Assembly (NCBI GenBank): GCA_043228905.1
Contig: JBHGNT010000723.1
Location: 1-16,762, forward strand
Length of the DNA: 16,762 nucleotides
DNA from: Azolla caroliniana
Taxonomy: Eukaryota > Plantae > Polypodiophyta
Reading direction: 5' to 3'
Part shown: one piece after another, positions 1 to 9,940 of the stretch
Layout: each line of letters starts with the position of its first letter
Position numbering within the stretch: the stretch's first letter is position 1
Notes under the pieces: generated by a model
Databases searched by the model: none
Told to the model about the DNA's origin: nothing
The model's input: only the letters and a program-made list of their open reading frames with translations
Translations under genes and position numbers: made by a program

Positions 1-715
1 CTCCATTTAGGAGGATGCGAATCATTAATTAATGATTTAAATTAATTTGTTTATTGACTGAATTATTTAGATTAAATTGTTTTAGCAATGTCAGATTTGT
101 GAGCTAGTAAATTTCTGCATAAAATTATAAATGCCTTATTTATGATTGTAGTTCAAGGAGAGACTCATATTAGGCATTCACATTTGACATTGACATTGGT
201 CTTGCAAAACTTTCTCTATCTTTTATAGCTTTTTTATGTATAGATCTTTTGCTAAGTTATTAATTTTGTTTGTGCTTGTGATCACCTATCCAATGTAAAG
301 GGAGAATATATTGATTTGTTGAATTTCATGGGGTTTGCCCCTCCAACAATTCACCAATGTGTTGATCCTCAATATAATATATAATTGATGATATTCAATG
401 AGTGTCTAGAAGAGTCTTTGTAAAATATCTCATGCACAAAGGGTCTATTATAAATCAATGCTCAATCTAAGATCGTATTTCCAATTCTTGTACTGGACCC
501 TACTAACAATAAGTATTTCAAACAAAACTATGTGGGCTTGTAAGCCAAATCATGTAGGCATTAATCCTGACTAATAGCCAAATAATTCATGCATGCCTCC
601 TCTATATGCTTGTAGTTGTGACCAAGGAAAATCATTGATTGGATGATGATCCCTTGATTATCCTTTGCTACTTTGTAATAGCATGATAAGATTCCCAAAC
701 TATTTCGCATGCCAG

Positions 716-742
716 AAAAAAAAAAAAAAAAAAAAAAAAAAA
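716..742. repeat. poly(A) homopolymer, 27 nt
   Basis: Uninterrupted A run read directly; no clear target-site duplication seen. Confidence 0.95.
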
Positions 743-1034
743 CTTGCAATATCATATGGCAACTAGCCAACCACTAGGGCAATGCACAACGTGAAGTATT
801 TACGTTTTATTGTAGCTTAGATTCAACTTGGGCATGAATGATCTTTTCTTGCTTATCATTTGCGAACCCAATGGAACAAGGTTCTTTTCTTTATACATTG
901 GGAGTCTAATGATGTGCGGAGAAAGCATATATGCGTGCTCTATATGTGTTAGTATGACTAGAACTGAGAGGAGTGACGGGGGATGTCCCCGTATAGGTAG
1001 TGTGGTAACACTTCACACATGGAAAACGGTCGGG

Positions 1035-1215
1035 ACGTGGGGCACACCCACACATGCCTACCACCGTCTTGGATGTGATAAACCCCTATAACATGTATGT
1101 ATCTAATGTATGTGGAGAAAAAAACAGAAGACATTTCTTGGGGTTTTAACTTTTAAGAGAGGAGCCACTCAAGCAGAAGAAGAAAAGAAACCAAAATATC
1201 TGATAAAAAGATAAG
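1035..1215 (+). promoter_or_regulatory. putative promoter elements of the DYW gene: G-box/ABRE-like ACGTGG (1035-1040) and I-box GATAAG (1210-1215)
   Basis: Short motif matches 130-310 nt upstream of the ATG. They are typical of light-regulated plastid-protein genes but short enough to occur by chance. Confidence 0.25.
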
Positions 1216-1222
1216 GAAGGGA

Positions 1223-1254
1223 GAAGGAAGGAAGGAAGGAAGGAAGGAAGGAAG
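1223..1254. repeat. (GAAG)8 microsatellite upstream of the DYW gene
   Basis: Read directly; followed by a CT-rich, 5'UTR-like tract (about 1265-1312). Confidence 0.95.
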
Positions 1255-1342
1255 AGAGGTTCGCATCTTCCCTGTTTCTTCCACCCCTACTCCTCCCCTC
1301 GCTTTCTCTGCTCAGCTAGGGTTCCCCTGTTTCACAACCGCC

Positions 1343-2656
1343 ATGGACGCCCTCTGCAAGGCTCACGCATATTCTTCCCCTTCTCTCGATAAAAGAATCG
1401 CTACAATCTCTACTTCTTCCTCCTCCTCCCGCCTTCCGTCGTTACCCAGCACGAAGCTTCCCAGAAGCAGAACTAACTGGAGATATGGCGTGGTTATGGC
1501 TTCTTCGACAACCGATGGTAGGTCAGAAGACACGAAGAAGAAACATGAAGGCTTGTTCTCGGCTATTACTCTTCCGTTGATGATGAAATCATTGTCCTCT
1601 ACACCTTTTCGTTTACTTAAAGGAGAAGAAGGTTCAGATGCAGAAGAAGCTGTGGAAAGCAAGGAGACCGTGGGGAGTTTGGATGTTTCGTCTTCCTTCT
1701 CAGGTAATTCTTCCGAAAAGCTCCAGTTTTTTATGGAAAGCGTGCATTTACACATACAGATGATGCTTTTTGGCATATACGACACTCTTGGGATGGACGA
1801 GCTTGTGAACTATATCCATGGAAACAACAATTACAACGGGTTAGTCTCTCAGCTTTCCAGCATGGTGGATGATCTTATGAACTTAATATATGGCAACAAC
1901 ACTAGCACCACATATATGGATGAGATCATAAACTTTATCAGTGGAAACAACAACAGGTTAGTTCCTCAGCTTGCAGGAATGCCATCAGGATGGATCACAT
2001 GTAAAGAACGGGATACGTTAGGGAGAAAGACCAGTAATAAAGAGACCAACTTTAGGCTTCCTAATGTATTGTTTGCTGTTCCAAGACCATCAGTGGGACC
2101 TGCTGTGATTCCAACCTTACCCGGGGGTGTCCCTTTGATCACACCAGTTGAACGTGGTGTTGTCCCAAAGCCGCCACCTGTAGCCAATCGATGGGAAGAG
2201 AAGAACAAAATCCGCAAAATGATGGAAGAACGAGGTATCAAGAAGGAACCCGGACTTAGCCGAATTGAGGTGAATGGGAAAATCCACTCTTTCATGGCTA
2301 ATGATCGAAACCATCCTGAACTGAAAGCAATTCACGCTGAGCTTGACCGTATCATCAAGGAAATGTATTTAATTGGATATGAACCTGATACTAGGTTTGT
2401 TCTTCATGATATTGATGAGGCAGCCAAGGTCCGAGCCATCAATTTCCATAGTGAAAAGCTTGCCATGTGCTATGGATTCATCAAAACTCCTCCCAAGACT
2501 ACCATAAGGATTATCAAGAACCTTAGGGTTTGTGGAGATTGCCATACTGCTACTAAGTATATGGCTTATATCACCGGGCGAGAGATCATCATGAGAGATG
2601 CCTTCAGGTTTCATGTCTTCAAGAAAGGGTATTGTTCATGTGGTGATTATTGGTGA
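1343..2656 (+). CDS. DYW-domain cytidine deaminase (organellar C-to-U RNA-editing family, PPR-DYW related) lacking PPR repeats, probably plastid-targeted; DYW1-like architecture
   Basis: Single 437-aa ORF with good start context (CCGCCATGG). The C-terminus has the end of an E2 motif (ANRWEEKNKIRKMMEERGIKKE), PG box (PGLSRIEVNGKIHSF, aa 303), GYEPDTRFVLHD, catalytic HSEKLA (aa 369), KNLRVCGDCH (CxxC at aa 397), GREIIMRD..RFH and terminal CSCGDYW. The N-terminus is Ser/Thr/Arg-rich with a VVMASS cleavage-like site. Confidence 0.93.
   Translation: MDALCKAHAYSSPSLDKRIATISTSSSSSRLPSLPSTKLPRSRTNWRYGVVMASSTTDGRSEDTKKKHEGLFSAITLPLMMKSLSSTPFRLLKGEEGSDAEEAVESKETVGSLDVSSSFSGNSSEKLQFFMESVHLHIQMMLFGIYDTLGMDELVNYIHGNNNYNGLVSQLSSMVDDLMNLIYGNNTSTTYMDEIINFISGNNNRLVPQLAGMPSGWITCKERDTLGRKTSNKETNFRLPNVLFAVPRPSVGPAVIPTLPGGVPLITPVERGVVPKPPPVANRWEEKNKIRKMMEERGIKKEPGLSRIEVNGKIHSFMANDRNHPELKAIHAELDRIIKEMYLIGYEPDTRFVLHDIDEAAKVRAINFHSEKLAMCYGFIKTPPKTTIRIIKNLRVCGDCHTATKYMAYITGREIIMRDAFRFHVFKKGYCSCGDYW
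1793..1972 (+). repeat. three imperfect in-frame internal repeats within the DYW gene
   Basis: MDELVNYIHGNNN (1793), VDDLMNLIYGNNT (1865), MDEIINFISGNNN (1916). Copies 1 and 3 are both followed by [G/R]LV[S/P]QL (GGTTAGTCTCTCAGCTT vs GGTTAGTTCCTCAGCTT). Confidence 0.85.
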
Positions 2657-3164
2657 GAAAAACGCTGCAAGCTGCAGCAATATAGAACAATTTCAATGGG
2701 TTTTTATTTCTCATCTTTAATTAGTCCGGACCTGCACTGTATATGCAGACTGGTTTATTGATTATCTCATGTTATATGATATATCTTTAAATGTGGGTGT
2801 GTTTTCTGAGGATTTTGCCAAATGATCATCACATGTTATAATGCTATGGTATAGTGTAAGTTTGCGTAAATGATTATTTTATTTTACAGTCATGTCTTTA
2901 AATAGTGGATATGTCTTCATATGATTTGGTGTGAGATATATGTCCGTGTCAAGCTTACAATTCAATCTTGACAATGTTTAAGTTGTAATGATATGCTGCC
3001 AACCTAATCCATCTAGTGATAACTGCACTTTGATTTTGGACATGTAATATAAATGCCATAGCGTATAAGTTACAGTTGTCGTTCTATTACATGTTGCCAA
3101 ATTGAATGCCATATGGAGAAATGCGAATCGCAATTTAATCAAAGCATATATATATGAGTTACAC

Positions 3165-3205
3165 TTAGATTCTATTGTATGCTGGTGTTAGATTCTATTG
3201 TATGC
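3165..3205. repeat. 18-bp direct repeat TTAGATTCTATTGTATGC x2 (period 23)
   Basis: Exact copies at 3165-3182 and 3188-3205. Confidence 0.9.
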
Positions 3206-5238
3206 CGCAATCAAATTTGACAATTTATTGGAATTTCCTACCTAAGTTGGAGTGCGGCGATTCCAAAATTGAGCCAAGAGTAAATCTCTATCTACTAGCA
3301 TGATGTCATAAATATTAAACCTCTTAACGTGAGGCCATAAATCAGTAAAGCTTTATCTAACCTGATGTGTAAGTTGAGATTTAGACATGTCAGTCACAAA
3401 ACATGGTTAGTCAGGCCATGCTGCAAATTCTATTTCTTGGGCTATTATGCATATTATAATGCCAGAAACATAATAAGCTTTATACTGAGATGGAATTCTC
3501 TGGTATGTATCTTTAGTTCTGTATCTTTTTCTTATCTACTGAATTGTGTGCCGCATGTATCTTATATGGTTACTCATGCACTCTCTTCTTCTCATATGCA
3601 TTTGGCATGTCTTTCACAATCCCTTAAGTGACCTTTTACATTATAGTACAAGGTGAGTAGAGTAGTAATGATATGTGAATTGAGACAAATCCTAAAACAA
3701 ATACAAATGGCCATTTACTACACCCAAAATCTCAAGTAATAACTAAAAGTTAAAACTATCAAAATTCAGTTTTCAATCCAACTTACTTGAAACACAAATT
3801 TCATCAATTAAACACGCAATAAGAATTCATTTAGCATTGGAAAATGATAATAATATGACTTGTTACACATTGACTAGTGTGATTTTTGGTAATTAAAAGT
3901 TATGTGCAAATGAATGGACGAAAGAATATTATCTTATGCTTGCAAAAACATGCATACTTATATATATTGCAATTATGCAAAACAATAGTAAACATATAAG
4001 CATAATCAATTGGATTCATCTGCACTTGAATATAACTCTGTTGACTAACCTTGTATTGTTTCATGTTAGTGTGTTCATCTAGCTACTCACTTTGCCACTT
4101 ATTGAAATTTGGACCAACCTATACTAAAATGTCATGTGCCTGTCCAATGCATCTTCCAAAATCACATTCAATTATGACATTGTAAATTAGCTAGAAATAT
4201 CAATGTAGGCCTTGAGACAAACCTTAAGAATCTAGGAGACATGGAAACATGGAAACATGTGGTGGTTTAGGACCTCAACAATTTTGATAATATAAAAGGG
4301 ACTCACTATCACCGTCGACATAGCATCTCAAAGACTCCATTGGTGAGGCAAAGGTCTCATATTTCACATCCATATTCAAGTTGACTCCCGATATATGTTA
4401 CAAGGACATCTATGGGATTTTCTTTTTGGCTCTTGTTCTTTGTTTGAGGGTGGTTGTAAAAGCACCCTTAATCCATTCCATTCTTGTCTTCTCTTACTAA
4501 TTACTTCATTAATCATGATCTTGGCACCTATGATATCCACATTTCTATATTCGTGTCATAGCTTGACAAGAATTGAAACTAGAACCATAAATATTTCCCA
4601 CTTTTAGCCAATCGTAACAAAACTAGAATAGTGCTAGGATCACAATCTCAAAATCAAACTCGTAAAACATGCTTGATAACTTCACAATCAAAATATTTGT
4701 TACTCCCAAGATTTTTGTTGACATGATATCTTGGCATGAAGTAGGCGTGAAATATATGTTGCATGTTTTTATTAATCATAATAAATGCTTAAACATAATT
4801 AATTACCACTAATCTAAGAACTATTAAATGTTGGCTCATCTTCCACAAAGGCATAATCATGAGTGCCTCACCATTGTGGTTACAAAGGAGCTCCACCACA
4901 ATCCATAATTTCATCTTATGGGCACAAAGGCTTGAGTTGGTCTTTTCATTGATATTGAAAAACTTGATGGTTCAATCGATTGAGACTGCACTTGTTTGGG
5001 AGGTGCTTTGTCGTTTCGAGCTAGAATCTGTATGTCATCACCAAGTGAAATCCAGTCAAAGAGAGTCATTGGCCAAGAGGCTAGTCGCAACCAAGTGCAC
5101 GCCCATAAGAAACAGGTGGCGACAATTCCCCTTCCTCTTTTCGTTTGTTTGTTTGATTGTTCGCTTGTTTGCACATGAAGGAAGGAAGGTGTGCATCCAT
5201 CCATCACATGAAAGAGATTTGTGAAGGAGTAGTAGCAA

Positions 5239-5303
5239 TAGTAGTAGTAGTAGTAGTAGTAGAAGAAGAAGAAGAAGAAGAAGAAGAAGAAGAAGAAGAA
5301 GAA
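5239..5303. repeat. compound microsatellite (TAG)8(GAA)14 upstream of METAXIN
   Basis: Read directly; it explains the poly-L/F/V/E ORFs in the track. Confidence 0.95.
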
Positions 5304-5485
5304 AAAGCTGCTCTGCACTTGTTTCTTGAGTTAAATAAATAATAAACGAGATATGCATACATATGTATGTACATACATTACTACATATATAATCTTCAAA
5401 CATATTCTTTTCAAGGGTTTAAGGCAGAGATAATAGACTCTGAAACAGAGTCTCTGATACAGAGACAGAGACAGAGACAGAAGCT

Positions 5486-5687
5486 ATGGCTTCTCCTCCT
5501 CCTCCTCCTTCTTCTTCTTCTGATCCTCCTCCTCTACAACCCTCTGATGATGGTATCCTTCTCATTACCAGAGGCCCGGCCTGGGGCTTGCCGACTTCTT
5601 GCCCTCTCTGCTTGCCTTCCTTCGTCTACCTGAAGCTCTCAGAAGTCAACTTCTCCATCTTCTACAACGACACCGTGCCGGATTCAG
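5486..5687 (+). CDS. MTX1: METAXIN exon 1
   Basis: MASPPPPP...WGLPTSCPLCLPSFVYLKL...PDS; donor AG|GTTTCC, phase 1. Confidence 0.88.
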
Positions 5688-8600
5688 GTTTCCACTTTTT
5701 TTTACCTTTCCTTTTCTTCATATTTTTCTAGGGCGTCTGCTTCTTTTTGTGCTTTTGTTGCTGCCTAGTCTGCTTGAAATGGATCCTGACTGGATGTTTT
5801 CTGCTTACTCAGTCCGAATTGGATCTTGATTGAATATATGGTTATCCCTTCCTTTATGCAACTCACCCTGCTTATATTCTCTGAAACAATATGTTTTCTA
5901 ATTAATCTCTAGGAGTTAGCCCGTAATTTATCATCATTTTATGTTTTCTTTCTCTTCCGTGAACTTTTTTCTGCTTCATTCATTCGATGTGGATCTTACG
6001 TTTTGCTCCCTTTATGTTTAGTCGCTCTTAATTGGTTCAAATTGAAATTTTTCTGATTATTTGCCCTCAAATAGAAGTTCATCGCACGGTATCTCCTTAA
6101 TTTTCTGCTTTCTTGCTCTTCATTGAACCTGTTCTTCCGTCTCTTGGTCTGAATTGAACCTTGAATGTTATTTTATTACATTGCAGAGGACTTGCCAACT
6201 CTAGAATATAGAGAAAAAGCTGTGTTCTCTGGAGAAGGAGGGGGTATTGTGGAGTTTCTCAAGGCAGAAGATATTACCGACCTTGATGCAGGATTCTCGA
6301 ATGAGGAGATTGCTCAGATTCGAGCTCTCAGTGCATTAGTTGAATCACATCTCCAAAATGCATTGTTGTGTGAACTATGGAGCAATGAAAACAAAAAGAT
6401 TGCTCAAAGAATTTACTTCAAGGCTTTGCCTTGGCCAATTAACAAAATCTTACATTGGAAACAGCAAATGCGGAATCGGGAACTATTAGGGCTGAGAAAG
6501 TTTAATATGGAATCCAGAACTGATGAGGTACACCTTCATCCTTCCCCTTCAAAAATGAGGTAGATCAGTGTTGTATTTTCTGTCCAATGTTGAAATTTCA
6601 AACCAGGTCATCATTATCCTGAAATGTGCAGAATTCACTATCCAGTATTTTACTATGAGATTATTTCACATTCAAAATCTCATCAAAATATACGGTCAAG
6701 TTTAAGATTATGGTCATTTGACTATTGTGTGAAAATCTTAGGTGGTGTTGGACGTGGTGAGAATATGTTTGACATTTCTTTTAACCCTGTTTTACATTGT
6801 CTCTGGTTAATTATTTGACTTGTTAATATTTTAGTAATATTGTTTTTTCAATAAATAAAGTGTTAAGGCTAGAAATGATTATTATAAATCAAATTCATGA
6901 GAGCATAAATTTAGTAGGGAGATTCATTCACTGTATGCATGGGCATCTGATTGTGTATGCAAAGATTAGGATAAATATGGCAAAAATAAAGTTAACATGC
7001 TTTTGATTTGGGAGTCTCAAACTCAAACTTTTTTTAATTATTGAAACAACAACAAAACTGAAGAAATTGTCAAACCTAAATAAACCTTTCAAAACCAAAG
7101 TGCATAAAAGATCCTAACTATTTTGTATAAAAAATGAAATTGAAATTCATCAATTTTTAAATATGTTAGGGTTTCTATTTTAACAGTAAGTTGTATTATA
7201 AAAATGGCCCTAGAAGCCGTTTAAGCTGTAATTTCAAGCTTTATAAACCATAAACCAAATACATTTCAAATCATCTGTTACCTCCGCAAGCTAAATTTAA
7301 CCCAAATCAAACCGTTTTCTAATTTTGAAATTCGAACCAAACTGTTCATGCTGTTTAGCTGTTGAGTCACAGTTGTATGGTTCATTAGTGATTTAAATCA
7401 AACCACTGTTGATTGCTATTTGAATACACAAACCTAAAATTAAGTATGCAATTGTTCTAATTTTATGTAGTTTACTGGTTGTTTAAAACCAAAATTAACT
7501 CTGATTCATCTTTATTTGCAGATTGCAAGGAAAGCAACTGAGGCATATGAATCTTTCTCAAATCTGCTCAATAACTACAAGTACTTCATGAAAACAAGGT
7601 AATTTTGTATCTAGGTATTTAGACTTAACTGCAATAAGTATCTTATTCTGTAGATCATGTTTGTGCAAGGATGTCACAGGCCATCAAGTGTAGATGCTTT
7701 ATTTCTCAGCCATGCCCTATTTGTTCTGCATGTACCTCTGGTAAGTGTTTCTTGTCCTTCAAAGTTTAATCGCAATATTGAATTTAAGCACTTTGTGCAA
7801 CTTTTTGTATCCAAAGTCCCTTGTTATTTTAAAAAGTAGGATTCTGAGTAACTAGTGACCCATCCAATACGAACATATCTTCATTGATAGATTTATTTGG
7901 CCTCACATGAGAATGAAAAAACAGAGTATACTGCATTGTGAGAATTTAGTTGTATTATCATTTTTTGTTAGCAATACCATTCAACAGCTCTTCAACTACA
8001 ATCTGCTTCAGTTTACTGATTATTGTCTTGAGCAGCCATGAGGCATGCTGTCCTCACAAAGAATGCAAGCTTTCTTCTGGTGTCCATTGCTGTTATGGTA
8101 GGGTTAATATAGATATTGATAGATATTATTTAATTTGGCAGGAAAATTCATTACTGAAAGGAGAGTTTCAGAAGTATCCAAACTTGATCAAGTATGCTGA
8201 AGATCTACGAACTGAGTTTTTAGAAGGTCGAGGCACGACACCCATTGCCAAATCTATCTATGCAACTCCAAAAACAACAGCAAACTACACTAAAGGTATA
8301 TATATCCGTATGTATAAAACCAAGGAAATTTTGTAACATAATTGTGAACTATCAGCCGAGGTTTTAGATACCCTCTTAAAAAATAGACCCTAGATGGTTG
8401 TGATATTTGGTTAACATATGTGAAGGGTCTTGTCCCGTGCATGAGCATGTTATTATTCTGATTATGGGTGAAGTTTGTTTCCAATAATTAGTTGTCAACT
8501 GTTATTTACTAGCAGCTTCTACAAGGACCCGCAAAGAACAAGAGCCCAAGGAGAGATCTGAAAAAACAAAACTATTTAAGCAAAGAACAAAAATTTTCCT

Positions 8601-8697
8601 TGGAGCACAAGCTGTTGCTGTTCTTGCATTTGCGTATATATGGGGTGTTTCTTTAATAAGCGACTTAGAGGACTATGCAGACTACGAAAATGAGTGA
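5486..8697 (+). CDS. MTX1: METAXIN, mitochondrial outer-membrane import complex protein; 6 exons, about 338 aa
   Basis: join(5486..5687,6187..6527,7522..7598,7680..7740,8142..8295,8516..8697); all GT-AG and phase-consistent, 1017 nt. Plant metaxin motifs: LITRGPAWGLPTSCPLCLPSFVYLKL, LPWPINKILHWKQ, RPSSVDALFLSHALF, YPNLIKYAE, and a C-terminal TM segment IFLGAQAVAVLAFAYIWGV followed by an acidic tail. Confidence 0.9.
6187..6527 (+). CDS. MTX1: METAXIN exon 2
   Basis: TTGCAG| acceptor; EDLPTLEY...MESRTDE; donor GAG|GTACAC. Confidence 0.9.
7522..7598 (+). CDS. MTX1: METAXIN exon 3
   Basis: TTTGCAG| acceptor; IARKATEAYESFSNLLNNYKYFMKT; donor AG|GTAATT. Confidence 0.87.
7680..7740 (+). CDS. MTX1: METAXIN exon 4
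   Basis: CACAG| acceptor; (R)PSSVDALFLSHALFVLHVPL; donor CTG|GTAAGT. Confidence 0.87.
8142..8295 (+). CDS. MTX1: METAXIN exon 5
   Basis: TTGGCAG| acceptor; ENSLLKGEFQKYPNLIKYAEDLRTEFLE...NYTK; donor AAG|GTATAT. Confidence 0.87.
8516..8697 (+). CDS. MTX1: METAXIN exon 6 (transmembrane anchor, stop TGA)
   Basis: TAGCAG tandem acceptor (exon starts at 8513 or 8516); ASTRTRKEQEPKERSEKTKLFKQRTKIFLGAQAVAVLAFAYIWGVSLISDLEDYADYENE*. Confidence 0.85.
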
Positions 8698-8730
8698 AAA
8701 GTCAAGCAGAACAAGCTGTGAATGATTGTA

Positions 8731-9551
8731 GTGGCCATACTTGTGTGCTGGTTTCTCTTTAAGGCAAGCAGCTGAAGTTCAAATAAATGTGGTGGCTATA
8801 AGGCCATTTGTGGACATCAAGTCATTTTTGTGGGATTTTGTGTTGGGAATATTGGAGAACAAGTGCCCAAACAAGTGGCCATACGTTTTATCAGCTCTCT
8901 TTAAGGTGGAAGGAGCTGACGTTCTACTAGTCTATTTATGAACGTCAACTCCTCTTTGTGGGATTTTTGTTTGGATTATTAGAGAGTTTTGGAAATAGAA
9001 GTGATGATGGTGATTACAAAACTGGTTTACTTAAACTTCACTCAGACACTGGAGGAGAGATGAAGGTCAAATAAATTTATGACTGGCAGACATCCACTCA
9101 TTTTAGTGGGTTTTTGTTTGAAATATTGGAGTTTTGGAAATAGACGCGATTATGATCAAATCATGATTAAGAATGGTTCAACTTAGTTTTCCACTCAATC
9201 CCCATTATTAATTGAATACCGTTTCTTGTTGACTCTTGAGTTTTAATACTTGTTAAGAACTGAAAAGGAGGATCCAAACAATGTTAATGGGAAACAAGTA
9301 AACAATGGCAGTTATGACATTAGAGATGAAAGTCAAATACATTTATGACTTGCAGACATCCACTCAATTTAGTGGGTTTTTTGTCTATAATAGTGGAGAG
9401 TTTTAGAAATAGATATGATGAAGATCAAATCACAAATCACGATTAAAAAGGCTTTGACTAAGTGCTCTACTTCATCCACATTTTTTAATTGAATATTGTT
9501 GCTAGTTAACTCTGAAAAAGAGAATTCAAACAATGTCGATGGGAAACAAGT
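8731..9551. repeat. degenerate four-copy tandem repeat downstream of the METAXIN stop
   Basis: GTGGCCATAC...TCTCTTTAAGG...AGCTGA at 8731 and 8875 (period 144). AGAGATGAA.GTCAAATA.ATTTATGACT.GCAGACATCCACTCA...GGGAAACAAGT at 9056 and 9322 (period 266). All four share a GTGGG(A/T)TTTT core. Confidence 0.85.
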
Positions 9552-9940
9552 TCATCTTTTGTTTGGTGACTTCTTGCTCCCCTCATTCCCATTTAATGGA
9601 ATATTGGTTTTGGATGACTCCTGATGCCAATGGTAGTAATCAACCGCACTTATTAGTCATTCCAAGGTAGATTAATATACAGTTTGTATACTTCCTTAAA
9701 TTAATAGAAAGAGTGTCAACATTTACAGTTTGTGCTTAAGCACTATTCATGTTATAGCCCCAATGAAGTTCTAGTTCATCCTACTCCAAACACCTAAAGC
9801 ATGGGAATTAAATATTAGTCATGTCTAATGTAAAGAATGCCCTTCAGCACTAATTCATATTTGTTAACAATTAGGGTGTTCAGTATTTTTCTTGTTATTA
9901 GGTATTGTCTCAGGGGATATGGTCTAGTTTAGACAAATCT

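Noticed and set aside
1363-2614. Minus-strand ORFs overlapping the DYW gene (140, 109, 72 and 81 aa)
   Set aside because: Antisense shadows of a real CDS with no recognisable motifs.
2249-2656. DYW:KP (putative U-to-C) editing enzyme
   Set aside because: It has the canonical PG box, HSEKLA and terminal CSCGDYW rather than KP-box or GRP/DRH signatures.
4341-4873. 10-bp inverted match TGGTGAGGCA / TGCCTCACCA as transposon TIRs
   Set aside because: It does not extend, has no TSD, and a match of this length is plausible by chance in 16 kb.
4859-5633. ORFs with poly-L/F/Y/V/E runs
   Set aside because: Produced by the (TAG)n(GAA)n and (CCT)n(CTT)n microsatellites or are alternate frames of METAXIN exon 1.
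9415-9515. Box C/D snoRNA (ATGATGA...CTGA)
   Set aside because: No terminal stem, no rRNA complement recognised, and box C is not preserved in the sister repeat copy. A snoscan or Rfam search would settle it.
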